A DNA stretch of 64,000 bases from assembly GCA_963843375.1 (NCBI GenBank), contig CAWJKT010000009.1, positions 32,001 through 96,000 of the forward strand. Reading direction: 5' to 3'. The notes under the pieces are model-generated. The model searched no databases and was not told where the DNA came from. It worked only from the letters and a program-made list of their open reading frames with translations. Origin of the DNA: an uncultured Pseudomonadota bacterium (GTDB lineage Bacteria; Oederibacteriota; Muellerivitia; Muellerivitales; Muellerivitaceae). Below are positions 20,423 through 31,585 of this stretch, piece after piece; the first letter of the stretch is position 1; the number at the start of each line of letters is the position of its first letter. Both the position numbers and the translations under genes were made by a program.

Positions 20423-21805
20423 ATGGCTTACCTAAGCATCAATCCCTATGACGGAAAAATCTTGAAGAAATACGAGGAAATCACCGACCAGCAGTTGGAG
20501 AAAGCATTGACCACCGCGCAGGCCTGTTTTGAAGTATGGAAAAACAAGACTTTTGCCGAGCGCGCGGTAATTGTGGCGAAAGCCGCCGCAATTATGCACG
20601 CACGTATCGACGATTTCGCCCTTCTGGTGACACAGGATATGGGAAAACTCATCGACCAGTCCCGGGGCGAAGCGAAATTGAGCGCGGATATTATCGATTA
20701 CTACGCCAAGAACGCCGAGCAGTTCCTCGCGCCGCAGCGCCTCAAGCCAAGCTCGGGCGAGGCGGAGATCCAGAACGCTCCCTTCGGCGTGCTTTTCGGG
20801 GTCGAGCCCTGGAACTTTCCCTACTACCAACTGGCGCGGTTTGCCGCTCCAAACCTGATGGCGGGCAATGTGGTTATGGTCAAGCACGCGGGATGCGTTC
20901 CGCAATGCGCCCTGGCTTTTGAAAAATTGTGGCTGGAGGCTGGCGCACCGGTCGGCGCCTACACCAACCTGTTTATTTCCTATGACCAGGTGAACCGCGT
21001 CATTGACGATCCAAGGGTCATGGGTGTGGCTTTGACAGGCAGTGTTGAGGCCGGAAAAACCGTTGCGGGACGAGCGGGGCAAAATCTCAAAAAATCAACC
21101 ATGGAACTGGGCGGCGCCGATGCTTTCATCGTGTTGGAGGACGCAGACCTCGACAAGACGGTCCAGTGGGCAGTTTGGGGAAAAATGAATAACACGGGGC
21201 AGTGCTGTGTGGCGGCCAAGCGGTTCATTGTGGTGGAGGCGCTGGCCGACCGTTTCCTGGAGAAGTTCAAGGCGGCGCTGGCGGCGTTGAAACCGGGCGA
21301 TCCCATGGACAAGGCGACAACGCTGGGACCTTTATCCACTGAATCGGCCCTGGTCAAACTGGTAGACCAGGTCAAGCAGGCTGTCGCCCATGGCGCCACC
21401 CTGGTGCTTGGCGGCGGACGGATTGACCGTCCCGGAGCTTTCATGCAGCCGACAATCCTGTCCAATATCAAACCGGATAATCCCGCCTATGGGCAGGAAT
21501 TCTTCGGGCCTGTAGCTCTTTTCTTCAAAGTCAAAAACGAAGACGAGGCAGTGGCCCTGGCCAATGATTCGGAATTCGGTTTGGGAGGCTGCGTCTTCAC
21601 GAAGGATGTGGCACGGGGCAAACGGGTGGCTAGTCGAGTTGATACGGGCATGATGTTCGTCAATCACCCCACCTGGACAACGGCGGATCTGCCGTTTGGC
21701 GGGATTAAGAATTCGGGTTATGGACGGGAACTCTCGAGCTTGGGCATCCAGGAGTTCGTAAACAAAAAACTGGTCCGGGTCGCTTCCATCGACGCGCCAG
21801 CCTAG
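20423..21805 (+). CDS. NAD(P)-dependent succinate-semialdehyde/aldehyde dehydrogenase
   Basis: PWNFP, LTGS, ELGG, GQCC, EFFGP. Confidence 0.9.
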   Translation: MAYLSINPYDGKILKKYEEITDQQLEKALTTAQACFEVWKNKTFAERAVIVAKAAAIMHARIDDFALLVTQDMGKLIDQSRGEAKLSADIIDYYAKNAEQFLAPQRLKPSSGEAEIQNAPFGVLFGVEPWNFPYYQLARFAAPNLMAGNVVMVKHAGCVPQCALAFEKLWLEAGAPVGAYTNLFISYDQVNRVIDDPRVMGVALTGSVEAGKTVAGRAGQNLKKSTMELGGADAFIVLEDADLDKTVQWAVWGKMNNTGQCCVAAKRFIVVEALADRFLEKFKAALAALKPGDPMDKATTLGPLSTESALVKLVDQVKQAVAHGATLVLGGGRIDRPGAFMQPTILSNIKPDNPAYGQEFFGPVALFFKVKNEDEAVALANDSEFGLGGCVFTKDVARGKRVASRVDTGMMFVNHPTWTTADLPFGGIKNSGYGRELSSLGIQEFVNKKLVRVASIDAPA

Positions 21806-21866
21806 TGTCGAAACGCCAATCGGCCGCTTTCGTCAGCGGCGTTGCTCAAAAAAACAGGAGTTAATC

Positions 21867-22901
21867 ATGGGACATCAAATGCATGCGGCAATGGTTGAGC
21901 AGTTTGGAAAACCCTTGTTACTAAAAGAATTGGATATTCCCTCCGTTGGTCCCGGCCAGATATTGATTAAAACCGAGGCTTGCGGGGTATGTCATACGGA
22001 TCTCCATGCGGCGCATGGAGATTGGCCGGTAAAGCCCACACTTCCGTTTATCCCCGGTCATGAAGGCATAGGGATCGTCATTGCTGTCAGTTCGGGTGTG
22101 AAGGCTGTGAAAGAAGGTGACCGGGTCGGGGTGCCCTGGCTCTATTCGGCCTGCGGCCATTGCGAGTATTGCCTGTCCGCCTGGGAGACGGTTTGTCCGG
22201 ATGCGCAATTCGGCGGTTACACCAAGAACGGCGGTTTTGCCGAATATATCCTCGCTGACCCCAACTACGTCGCCCATATTCCCGCCGGTCTCGCCGCAAG
22301 TGAAGCGGCCCCGATCATTTGCGCGGGTATCACTACCTATAAAGGGATCAAGGAGACTGGGGCAAAGCCCGGTGAATGGATCGCTATTTCGGGTGCTGGC
22401 GGCCTGGGGCATCTGGCGATCCAGTATGCCAAGGTCATGGGACTTCATGTCTGTGCCATTGATATTAGTGACGGCAAACTTGCCCACGCTAAGCGACTGG
22501 GCGCCGATTTCACGTTCAATGCCAAGACGGGTGATCCGGCTGCGGCCGTGAAAAAGATGACCGGAGGGGGAGCCCATGGGGTTCTTATTACAGCCCCTTC
22601 GCTAAGCGCGTTTAAACAGGGTGTGGGCATGACCCGCAAGCGGGGTACCTGCGTGCTGGTGGGCCTGCCGCCGGGCGAGTTTCCTGTTCCGCTCTTCGAC
22701 GTGGTGGCGAACTGTATCACCATCCGGGGTTCTTTTGTGGGCACCCGCAAGGATATGGCTGAGGCGCTGGCCTTCGCCGCCGAGGGAAAGGTCAAAGCGG
22801 ATATCGAGCTACAGCCCTTGTCCGCGATCAACAACATATTCGAACGGCTTGAAAAGGGAGATGTGCCGTCACGGGTAGTTATCGAGTTCGCGAAAAGTTA
22901 G
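21867..22901 (+). CDS. adhP: Zn-dependent alcohol dehydrogenase
   Basis: CGVCHTDLH, GHEG, C..C..C cluster, GAGGLG. Confidence 0.9.
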   Translation: MGHQMHAAMVEQFGKPLLLKELDIPSVGPGQILIKTEACGVCHTDLHAAHGDWPVKPTLPFIPGHEGIGIVIAVSSGVKAVKEGDRVGVPWLYSACGHCEYCLSAWETVCPDAQFGGYTKNGGFAEYILADPNYVAHIPAGLAASEAAPIICAGITTYKGIKETGAKPGEWIAISGAGGLGHLAIQYAKVMGLHVCAIDISDGKLAHAKRLGADFTFNAKTGDPAAAVKKMTGGGAHGVLITAPSLSAFKQGVGMTRKRGTCVLVGLPPGEFPVPLFDVVANCITIRGSFVGTRKDMAEALAFAAEGKVKADIELQPLSAINNIFERLEKGDVPSRVVIEFAKS

Positions 22902-22934
22902 AGCGAAAAACATAAGGTTCGCCAGATATGGAAA

Positions 22935-24413
22935 ATGAAGGAAGAAATGATGAATCTAGATACAGCGTTACTTGATTGCCGACGGATGAGTGAATCCGAC
23001 CGGTTGACAGTGGCTTCGGGTCATTCCATTCAAGAGCTGATGGAGAAGGCGGGAAGCGCGGTCGCGCGCGAGATCATGAATCGCTGGACGTCTCGTCCGG
23101 TGACGGTACTCTGCGGTCCCGGTAACAATGGAGGAGACGGTTTTGTCGCGGCCCGACGGCTTTCCGAAGCGGGTTGGCCCGTTCGTTTGGCCCTTCTGGG
23201 TTCCCGTGGCGCACTTAAAAATGAGGTAGCGCTTGCGGCGCAACAATGGCTTGGACAGGTTGAGCCACTGGAAACAGGCGTTCTCAAGGATGCCCAGCTG
23301 ATAGTGGACGCGGTCTTTGGAGCGGGATTGACCCGTGCTTTGGATGGAGAAGTTTTAGAAACTTTATCCACCGCGTCAAAAATGGGAATACCCCTGGTGG
23401 CGGTCGATGTACCCAGCGGTTTGATGGGGGACACGGGGGAAGTTTTGGGTGCTGTAGAGGCGGTTTTGACCGTCACTTATACCCGCAAGAAGCCGGGTCA
23501 CCTGCTGTTGCCGGGACGGGATTTATGCGGTGAAGTTGTGGTGGCGGATATCGGAACACCCTTATCGGTCATCGAAAGTGTCGCGCCGAACACATTTGAA
23601 AATAACCCAAAACTCTGGATTTCAGCCCTGCCTAAAGCAAAGTCCGGCGGCAACAAATACACTCGCGGTCACGCGCTTATTTATGGAGGTTATCCCATCA
23701 CCGGAGCCTCCCGGATGGCGGCACTGGGAGCGGCCCGGGCAGGAGCCGGATTGACGACCATCGCCGTGCCTCAAACCGCTTTGGCGATTTACGCGGGCGC
23801 TTTGACCAGCATCATGGTTCACCCCTTGATGGATGCCGGAGATTTTGACCGTATGATGGAAGATACCCGGTTTACCGCTTTTCTCATCGGCCCTGGCACC
23901 GGAGTCGGCGAAGAAACCCGCCGCCGCGCGGTTGCCATCCTGAAAACTAAACGTCCCGTTTTGCTGGATGCGGACGCCCTAACCTCATTTCAAACCGACC
24001 CTTTGGCGTTGGACGCGGCTATCGCCGGGCCTTGTGTTTTGACTCCCCATGAGGGTGAGTTCCGCCGATTATTCGATTTTAAAGGCGACAAGCTCACAAG
24101 GGCCCGCATGGCGGCCAAACGAAGCAGAGCTATTTTGGTTCTCAAAGGCAATGACACGGTCATCGCAGCCCCAGATGGCCGGGCCATTATTAATTCCAAC
24201 GCGCCGTCGACTTTGGCTACCGCCGGTTCGGGGGATGTATTGAGCGGGATTATTTTGGGGCTTCTCGCCCAGGGAGTCGATCCGTTTTTCGCCTCGGCGG
24301 CGGGGGTATGGATGCATGGGGCGGCGGCGGACGAATTTGGACCGGGGCTTATCGCCGAGGACTTGCCCGATTTACTGCCGGGAGTATTACAAAAGCTTTT
24401 CCGTTTGAGATAA
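22935..24413 (+). CDS. nnr: Bifunctional NAD(P)H-hydrate epimerase/dehydratase
   Basis: GPGNNGGDG, DVPSG, TPHEGE, AGSGDVL. Confidence 0.9.
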   Translation: MKEEMMNLDTALLDCRRMSESDRLTVASGHSIQELMEKAGSAVAREIMNRWTSRPVTVLCGPGNNGGDGFVAARRLSEAGWPVRLALLGSRGALKNEVALAAQQWLGQVEPLETGVLKDAQLIVDAVFGAGLTRALDGEVLETLSTASKMGIPLVAVDVPSGLMGDTGEVLGAVEAVLTVTYTRKKPGHLLLPGRDLCGEVVVADIGTPLSVIESVAPNTFENNPKLWISALPKAKSGGNKYTRGHALIYGGYPITGASRMAALGAARAGAGLTTIAVPQTALAIYAGALTSIMVHPLMDAGDFDRMMEDTRFTAFLIGPGTGVGEETRRRAVAILKTKRPVLLDADALTSFQTDPLALDAAIAGPCVLTPHEGEFRRLFDFKGDKLTRARMAAKRSRAILVLKGNDTVIAAPDGRAIINSNAPSTLATAGSGDVLSGIILGLLAQGVDPFFASAAGVWMHGAAADEFGPGLIAEDLPDLLPGVLQKLFRLR

Positions 24414-24435
24414 ATAAGACTTACTGGAGAAAACA

Positions 24436-25419
24436 ATGAACGCGATGGTACTGAATCAAATTAAAACCACTCTTCAGTGGATTACTATGGCAGATCCCGA
24501 ACCGGGACCGGGACAGATCCGGGTCAAGGTAGGTGCCTGCGGTGTCTGCCGCACGGACTTGCATGTAGTTGACGGGGAATTGCCCAATCCCCAAGTGCCG
24601 ATCATTCCCGGCCATGAGATTGTGGGAAGGATCGATCTGGTGGGACCGGGAGTCGAAGGTTTAAAAGTCGGGGAAAGGGTCGGCGTTCCCTGGCTGGGCC
24701 ATACCTGCGGAGTTTGTCCCTACTGCCGGAGTGGCCACGAAAATCTTTGCGATCATCCCATTTTTACTGGTTACACCCGCGACGGGGGCTTTGCCACCTC
24801 GGTTGTGGCCGACGCGCGTTTCGCCTTTCCACTGGGCGAGTCGGGGAGTGATGTTTCTTTAGCTCCGTTACTTTGCGCCGGCCTTATCGGCTGGCGGGCT
24901 CTCGTAGCAGCAGGAGACAGCAAAAAACTAGGGCTTTATGGTTTCGGCGCGGCGGCTCATATCATCGCTCAAGTGGCCAAATGGCAGGGACGATCGGTTT
25001 TTGCTTATACTAAACCAGGCGACCTGACGACCCAGAATTTCGCCAGGGGATTAGGGGCGACCTGGGCGGGAGGATCGGACGAAACACCTCCCGAACTGCT
25101 GGACTCGGCGATCATCTTCGCCACATTGGGCGATCTAGTGCCTTCGGCGCTCAAGACCGTTCGCAAAGGGGGCCGGGTGGTTTGCGCCGGCATTCACATG
25201 AGCGACATTCCGAAATTTTCTTATGACCTGCTTTGGGGTGAAAGGCAAATCGTTTCAGTCGCCAATTTGACCCGCCAGGATGGAATTGATTTTCTAAGTC
25301 AAGCACCTCAAATGAATATTGTGACAGAGACAACCACTTATCCGCTCCGGCAGGCCAACGAAGCCCTGGCCGATCTGCGCGCAGGCCGGTTCAATGGCGC
25401 GGCGGTGCTAGTGCCATGA
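24436..25419 (+). CDS. Zn-binding alcohol dehydrogenase family protein
   Basis: CGVCRTDLH, PGHE, YGFGAAAH. Confidence 0.9.
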   Translation: MNAMVLNQIKTTLQWITMADPEPGPGQIRVKVGACGVCRTDLHVVDGELPNPQVPIIPGHEIVGRIDLVGPGVEGLKVGERVGVPWLGHTCGVCPYCRSGHENLCDHPIFTGYTRDGGFATSVVADARFAFPLGESGSDVSLAPLLCAGLIGWRALVAAGDSKKLGLYGFGAAAHIIAQVAKWQGRSVFAYTKPGDLTTQNFARGLGATWAGGSDETPPELLDSAIIFATLGDLVPSALKTVRKGGRVVCAGIHMSDIPKFSYDLLWGERQIVSVANLTRQDGIDFLSQAPQMNIVTETTTYPLRQANEALADLRAGRFNGAAVLVP

Positions 25420-26456
25420 ACACATTAGTGCTTGTCGAAACCGCGAAGTGGTTGATGGCAGGCCATAAGGGCCTGCTGGCGATGGACGAAAGCAACCCTA
25501 CCTGCAACAAACGATTTGCCGCGCTGGGAATTCCGCAGACCGAGGAAATGCGCCGCGCCTACCGGGAGCTGATCGTCACCACGCCCGGTTTGGGCGAGAG
25601 TATTAGCGGTGCGATCCTCTGCGACGAGACCATCCGCCAGAAGAAAAAAGACGGCACACCATTTGTGAAAGCACTTACCGACGGCGGAATTATCGCCGGT
25701 ATTAAAGTGGACAGGGGCGCCAAGGCTATGGCAGGTCATGCGGGGGAGAAAATAACCGAGGGCCTAGACGGTTTGCGCGAAAGACTGGAGGAATATTCCC
25801 GGATGGGAGCCCGTTTCGCCAAATGGCGCGCGGTGATCACAATGGGCAAGGGCGTTCCCAGCCGGGGTTGTATTCAGGCAAATGCTCAGGCCCTGGCCCG
25901 CTATGCCGCTTTATGCCAGGAAACCGGGTTGGTTCCTATTGTGGAGCCGGAAGTGCTTATGGACGGCGACCATACGCTGAAGAGATGTTTTGACACAACG
26001 GAAGAAGTCCTGCGGACTGTTTTTGAGGAGCTTTACAACCAGAACATCCTGCTGGAGGGAATGATACTCAAGCCCAACATGGTGCTACCCGGTTTGGCCT
26101 GCCCCCATCTGGAAGGGGTGGACGAGGTAGCCGACGCCACGGTGCGGTGCCTATTGCGGACAGTGCCAGCAGCCGTTTCGGGTATCGCGTTCCTGTCCGG
26201 CGGACAACCTCCCGAAACGGCATCGGCCCGTTTGAACGCAATGAATATCCGGTTCAAACATAAACTGCCTTGGGCCCTTACCTTTTCCTTTTCCAGAGCC
26301 ATCCAACAGCCAGCCCTGGATATTTGGAGGGGAGAGGAAGCTCATCTGCAAGCGGCCCAATTTGTCCTGCATCATCGCGCTACCTGCAACCGATCTGCAC
26401 GACGTGGTGAATATAGCGAAGCGGAGGATACGCATACGGCCAATACACAACGATAA
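25416..26456 (+). CDS. Class I fructose-bisphosphate aldolase
   Basis: LAMDES, FAKWR, PIVEPEV, LKPNM, FLSGGQ. Confidence 0.92.
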   Translation: MNTLVLVETAKWLMAGHKGLLAMDESNPTCNKRFAALGIPQTEEMRRAYRELIVTTPGLGESISGAILCDETIRQKKKDGTPFVKALTDGGIIAGIKVDRGAKAMAGHAGEKITEGLDGLRERLEEYSRMGARFAKWRAVITMGKGVPSRGCIQANAQALARYAALCQETGLVPIVEPEVLMDGDHTLKRCFDTTEEVLRTVFEELYNQNILLEGMILKPNMVLPGLACPHLEGVDEVADATVRCLLRTVPAAVSGIAFLSGGQPPETASARLNAMNIRFKHKLPWALTFSFSRAIQQPALDIWRGEEAHLQAAQFVLHHRATCNRSARRGEYSEAEDTHTANTQR

Positions 26457-26508
26457 AACAAAAGTCGCGTTTTCAAAATCGGCAAACGCCATGACTTTTG
26501 AATCGAAG

Positions 26509-26635
26509 CTGGAAGCGAAGTCTACCACAGGAGATGACCTGAAAACCTTCCCGATGGCGGAAGTGGAAAAAAACTGGGTTCGACGCAGGAGAGCGTAAGC
26601 AAGGCTGGGACGCAGAAATGGTTGATCCAAGGAAA
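26509..26635 (+). pseudogene. Frameshifted duplicate of the H+-ATPase N-terminus
   Basis: DDLKTFPMAEVEK / LGSTQESVSKAGTQKWL versus [31 protein letters not shown]. Confidence 0.65.
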
Positions 26636-26942
26636 GGAATTTAATGATGAATCATATGCCTGGATTAATGTGCGCATGGATGCGTGGAGGAAATGATCCT
26701 GGATAGCCAGTTTGAAGAGGGGGGCGGACGGATGGATGGACAGATGGAATTGCCTTGGGATGGACGGATGGGGAAGAATTTTGACAAATCAGGGATTTTT
26801 GATTCGGTCAGGGATATTCATATTGGTGATAGCACTATTGATCGTATTGATCCGTGTGTGGTCAAAAAAATAAGCATGTGTTCGTTTCGGATTTTTGAAG
26901 TGAATGTAAAAGAACGGTAGAAATCAGGAAAGGATATTACTA

Positions 26943-29900
26943 ATGAAGGAACAAGAGTCAAAAAAGAAACCTCAGTCGAAACCGGGAGAAAAGCCTGCTC
27001 CGGAGGATGAATTGAAAACCCTTCCCCTAGAGGAAGTTGAGAAGAAACTGGGGTCATCGCCGGAGGGCATCAGCCAGGCTGAGGCCCAGAAGCGGCTGGC
27101 CCAATATGGGCCCAACGAGATCGAGGAAAAGAAAACTAATCCCTTCCTGAAGTTTCTCTCCTATTTTTGGGGGCCTATTCCCTGGATGATCGAAGCGGCA
27201 GTGATTCTTTCGGCGGTCGCCCGGCATTGGCCGGACTTTTTTATCATTCTCCTACTGCTTTTTTCCAACGCAATCGTCGGGTTCTGGGAAGAAAGACAGG
27301 CGGGCAATGCCATTGAGGCCCTGAAGGCCCAGCTGGCGGTCAAGGCCCGGGTGTTGAGAGACGGGAAATGGCTCAATCCCCCCGCGAAGGAACTGGTCCC
27401 GGGCGATGTCATTCGCATTCGCTTGGGCGACATCGTGCCGGCGGATGCGCGCCTGCTTTCGGGTGACGAAGTGTCGGTAGACCAGTCCGCCTTGACGGGA
27501 GAATCCTTACCCGCCACAAAAAAACCGGGCGACGCGGTATTTTCCGGATCCATTCTCCGGCGGGGCGAGATCGGCGCGCTGGTCTACGCTACAGGCGCAA
27601 ATACCTATTTCGGCAAAACGGCTCAGTTGGTGCAGGAAGCGCACACGGTTAGCCATTTCCAAAAAGCGGTGCTGAAAATCGGTGATTATTTAATCATTTT
27701 GGCGGCGGTCCTGGTGGCTGTCATCATCATCGTCGCCATTCTCCGTGGCGACCCGATCCTTAACACTCTGCAGTTCGCTTTGGTTTTAACCGTGGCCGCC
27801 ATTCCGGTGGCAATGCCCACGGTGCTTTCGGTGACCATGGCGGTTGGCGCGCGTTTATTGGCTAAAAAACAGGCGATCGTCAGCAAACTGGTGGCTATTG
27901 AGGAATTGGCGGGAGTGGATGTGCTGTGCGCTGACAAGACCGGCACCCTGACCCAGAACAAGTTGACTTTGGGTGACCCTTTCAGCCTGGACAATATTCC
28001 CCCCGAGCAGTTGATTCTCAACGGAGCTCTGGCGTCCCGCGCGGAAAATAACGACACCATTGACCTGGCCGTCCTAGGGGGACTGAAAGATAAAGAGGTT
28101 TTGAAAGACTATCAGGTGGTTCATTTCGTCCCCTTCGACGCGGTGCATAAACGCACCGAGGCGACCGTCAAAGGCAAGGATGGAAAAGAATTCAAGGTCA
28201 CCAAGGGCGCGCCACAAGTGATCTTGGAATTATCGGCCAACGCGGCCCAGGGGAAACCAGCTGTCGAAAAGGCGGTCAACGAGTTCGCGTCGCGTGGGTT
28301 CCGTTCCTTGGGAGTGGCCCGGTCCGAAGGGGGAGGCCCCTGGAAACTCCTGGGAGTCCTGCCCCTGTTTGATCCGCCCCGGGAAGACGCCAAGGAAACC
28401 ATCGCGACCGCGCTGGCGATGGGTGTCAAGGTCAAGATGGTAACAGGCGACGCGTTGGCCATCGCCAAGGAAACCGCCAAAAAACTGGATATGGGAACGA
28501 ATATCCTGGATGCGGCCGGCCTCGGCGACTCGAAGCACGATGAGAACGACGCCACAGCCGAATCTATCGAGAAGGCCGACGGATTCGCCCAGGTATTCCC
28601 GGAGCATAAATTTCACATTGTTGATGTCCTACAGAAGCGCGGACACTTGGTTGGTATGACAGGCGACGGGGTGAATGACGCCCCCGCGCTGAAGAAAGCG
28701 GATTGCGGTATCGCGGTCTCCGGCGCGACGGACGCGGCGCGGGCGGCGGCCTCCATCGTATTAATGACGCCGGGCCTGTCGGTGATTATCGACGCCATCA
28801 AGGAAAGCCGGAAAATTTTCCAGAGGATGAACAGTTACGCTATTTACCGCATCGCCGAAACCCTGAGGGTGTTGTTTTTCATGACGGCGTCAATCCTAGT
28901 CTTCAATTTTTATCCGGTAACCGCGGTCATGATCGTCATGCTGGCCCTGCTCAATGACGGGGCCATCCTGTCCATCGCCTATGACAACGTCCATTACAAG
29001 AACCAGCCCGAGGAATGGAACATGCGTTTGGTGCTGGCCATCTCAACCGTGCTGGGCGTTCTGGGGGTTATTGCGGCATTCGGATTGTTTGTCCTTGGGG
29101 ACCGGGTATTTCACATGGATCGGCCCCACCTCCAAACGCTGATGTATTTGAAGCTGTCCGTAGCAGGACATATGACCATCTTCCTCACCCGCACCCGCGG
29201 CCGCCTTTGGTCGATCCGCCCCGCCAAAATTTTATGGATGGCCGTACTGGGAACCCAGACCGTGGCGACCTTGATCGCGGTTTACGGTTTTTTGATGACG
29301 CCGCTGGGATGGGGTTGGGCCGGATTTGTCTGGGGATACGCCATCGTTTGGGCGCTCCTGAATGACCAGGTGAAAGTGCTGGCTTACCGGATTTTTGATC
29401 CTGCAAAAAAAGATGGCGCTAAGCCTGAGGAAAAACCTGAATCCAAAGGGGAACCGAAGTCTGAGACTAAAGCGGAAGCCAAATCCGAAGTTAAGCCGGA
29501 TACAAAACCCGAGGATAAGTCCGAAGTCAAAGCGGGGGCGAAACCTGATGCCAAAGCCGGGGATAAGCCAGAACCCGCAGCGGAAACCAAGCCGGAAGCT
29601 AAGGCCGAGCCTAAGCCGGATAAAGCCAAATCAGAGCCAAAGCCCGAAGCCAAGGCAGAGGCAAAACCCGAAGTGAAAGACGAACCCAAACCTGAAGTTA
29701 AATCAGAACAAAAACCTGATGCCAATGCTGGAAATAAGCCTGACCCTAAAGGGGAGCCAAAGCCTGAATCGAAAGCGGATGCTAAACCCGAAACTCCACC
29801 CGAGCCTAAGTCTGACGCTCAACCGGAGCCCAAACCGAAATCAGATTTAAAACCGCAAATTGCCCAGCGGGCCTATGAACTTTATGAAAAGCGGGGCCGC

Positions 29901-30188
29901 CAGAGCGGTCAATCGGACCAGGACTGGGACAAAGCCGAACGCGAGCTTCGAAAAAATAGCGCTGAATCCAAGACCAAAGCCGAACCCGCGCCTGAAGTAA
30001 AAGCCGAGTCCAAACCCGAAGTGAAACAGGAGCCTGCACCTGAAGCCAAAGGAAAGACGAAGGATTTGACCCCGCAAATCGTCAAGCGGGTCCATAAACT
30101 TTATGAGGAACTGGGACGGGAAGAGGTTCGCGAAGTTGAGGAAATGGAAAAGGCCGATCGGGAAACCAAGAAAAAGGATAAATTGTGA
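26943..30188 (+). CDS. P3A-type proton-efflux P-type ATPase with Pro/Lys/Glu-rich tail and DUF2934-like modules
   Basis: [25 protein letters not shown]; long low-complexity C-terminus. Confidence 0.95.
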   Translation: MKEQESKKKPQSKPGEKPAPEDELKTLPLEEVEKKLGSSPEGISQAEAQKRLAQYGPNEIEEKKTNPFLKFLSYFWGPIPWMIEAAVILSAVARHWPDFFIILLLLFSNAIVGFWEERQAGNAIEALKAQLAVKARVLRDGKWLNPPAKELVPGDVIRIRLGDIVPADARLLSGDEVSVDQSALTGESLPATKKPGDAVFSGSILRRGEIGALVYATGANTYFGKTAQLVQEAHTVSHFQKAVLKIGDYLIILAAVLVAVIIIVAILRGDPILNTLQFALVLTVAAIPVAMPTVLSVTMAVGARLLAKKQAIVSKLVAIEELAGVDVLCADKTGTLTQNKLTLGDPFSLDNIPPEQLILNGALASRAENNDTIDLAVLGGLKDKEVLKDYQVVHFVPFDAVHKRTEATVKGKDGKEFKVTKGAPQVILELSANAAQGKPAVEKAVNEFASRGFRSLGVARSEGGGPWKLLGVLPLFDPPREDAKETIATALAMGVKVKMVTGDALAIAKETAKKLDMGTNILDAAGLGDSKHDENDATAESIEKADGFAQVFPEHKFHIVDVLQKRGHLVGMTGDGVNDAPALKKADCGIAVSGATDAARAAASIVLMTPGLSVIIDAIKESRKIFQRMNSYAIYRIAETLRVLFFMTASILVFNFYPVTAVMIVMLALLNDGAILSIAYDNVHYKNQPEEWNMRLVLAISTVLGVLGVIAAFGLFVLGDRVFHMDRPHLQTLMYLKLSVAGHMTIFLTRTRGRLWSIRPAKILWMAVLGTQTVATLIAVYGFLMTPLGWGWAGFVWGYAIVWALLNDQVKVLAYRIFDPAKKDGAKPEEKPESKGEPKSETKAEAKSEVKPDTKPEDKSEVKAGAKPDAKAGDKPEPAAETKPEAKAEPKPDKAKSEPKPEAKAEAKPEVKDEPKPEVKSEQKPDANAGNKPDPKGEPKPESKADAKPETPPEPKSDAQPEPKPKSDLKPQIAQRAYELYEKRGRQSGQSDQDWDKAERELRKNSAESKTKAEPAPEVKAESKPEVKQEPAPEAKGKTKDLTPQIVKRVHKLYEELGREEVREVEEMEKADRETKKKDKL
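29410..29843 (+). repeat. Low-complexity KPE/AEPK peptide repeats in ATPase tail
   Basis: Repeated KPE(A/V)K / EPKPE units. Confidence 0.8.
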
Positions 30189-31069
30189 AAATCGATCCTA
30201 AAGATTATCAGGTGAAAGAAGGAAAAGAAGTCGAACTCAAAAAATGGCCGACCCAGATAAAACCCTTGTACGACTCGAAGGAAGATTATCAAAAGGTTCT
30301 GGCGGACCATGTGGAAAAGCTTAGCGCGGTACAAAACCTTCATTACGCGGACAACCGCTATTCAGTTCTTTTGATCTTTCAGGCGATGGACGCGGCAGGC
30401 AAAGACGGCGCGATCAAGCATGTGATGTCGGGAGTCAACCCCCAGGGCTGCCAGGTTTTCAGTTTCAAGCATCCCAGCGCCATGGAGCTGCAGCACGACT
30501 TTCTTTGGCGCACTACCCGGGACCTGCCCGAGAGGGGAAGAATCGGAATTTTTAACCGTTCCTATTACGAGGAAGTACTTATCGCCAAGGTGCATCCTGA
30601 GATTTTAAAAGCCGAGCAGGTTGATGATGGAAAAGATATTTGGGAAAAAAGGTATCAGTCCATCGTGGATTTGGAGAAGCACCTTTACCGCAACGGCACC
30701 CGAATCATCAAATTTTTTCTTCACCTTTCCAAGGAAGAACAGCGAAAGCGGTTCCTGGCCCGGTTGGAGGAACCGGAAAAGAATTGGAAATTCAGCCTCA
30801 ATGACATCCATGAACGGAAATACTGGAAAGATTACCGGAAGGCATTCGAAGACTGTCTGGGCGCTACCAGCACTGAAAATAATCCATGGTACGTCGTTCC
30901 GGCGGACGACAAGAAAGACGCCCGATTAATCGTTTCCGCAATTATTTTGGACAGAATGGAAAAGCTGAAAATGAGTTACCCGAAGCAGGATAAGGCCCGC
31001 CACAAAGAACTCGAAGAGGCGTTGAGGGTGTTGAAAAAGCAAGGTGAAAAAAAGGATAGTGACGAATAG
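30185..31069 (+). CDS. ppk2: Polyphosphate kinase 2 family protein
   Basis: [19 protein letters not shown]. Confidence 0.92.
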   Translation: MKIDPKDYQVKEGKEVELKKWPTQIKPLYDSKEDYQKVLADHVEKLSAVQNLHYADNRYSVLLIFQAMDAAGKDGAIKHVMSGVNPQGCQVFSFKHPSAMELQHDFLWRTTRDLPERGRIGIFNRSYYEEVLIAKVHPEILKAEQVDDGKDIWEKRYQSIVDLEKHLYRNGTRIIKFFLHLSKEEQRKRFLARLEEPEKNWKFSLNDIHERKYWKDYRKAFEDCLGATSTENNPWYVVPADDKKDARLIVSAIILDRMEKLKMSYPKQDKARHKELEEALRVLKKQGEKKDSDE

Positions 31070-31108
31070 CCGGGTTTAAGTAAATGGGTTCGAAAAAGGG
31101 GCGAATGT

Positions 31109-31585
31109 ATGGAAATTAAGAAATCACGGAGCGTTGTCGGTATCGCCGCCGACCATGGCGGATTTGAATTAAAGGAACAGCTTTTGGGTAAATTGCGGGA
31201 CGCCGGTTATGAAACGATGGATTTCGGGGATGCGGGACTGAAGCCTGATGATGATTATCCGGATTTTGTCGTTCCGCTGGCCCGTGCGGTCGTCGGCGGA
31301 GAGGTGTGGCGCGGAGTGGCCTTATGCGGAAGCGGTGTCGGGGCTTCGGTTGCCGCAAACAAAGTGAAGGGGATTCGGGCCTGTCTCATTCATGAAACTT
31401 TTTCAGCGCACCAGGGCGTCGAGGATGACAACATGAACATTCTCTGCCTGGGCGGTCTTGTTATCGGACACGCTCTTGCTTGGGAATTGGTTCGAACATT
31501 TCTCGCAGCACGATTCAAGGAAACCGAGCGTTATCGGCGCCGCCTGTCCAAGGTTTCCGAACTTGAAAATAAGGAGACAATATGA
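31109..31585 (+). CDS. rpiB: Ribose-5-phosphate isomerase B
   Basis: [23 protein letters not shown]. Confidence 0.92.
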   Translation: MEIKKSRSVVGIAADHGGFELKEQLLGKLRDAGYETMDFGDAGLKPDDDYPDFVVPLARAVVGGEVWRGVALCGSGVGASVAANKVKGIRACLIHETFSAHQGVEDDNMNILCLGGLVIGHALAWELVRTFLAARFKETERYRRRLSKVSELENKETI

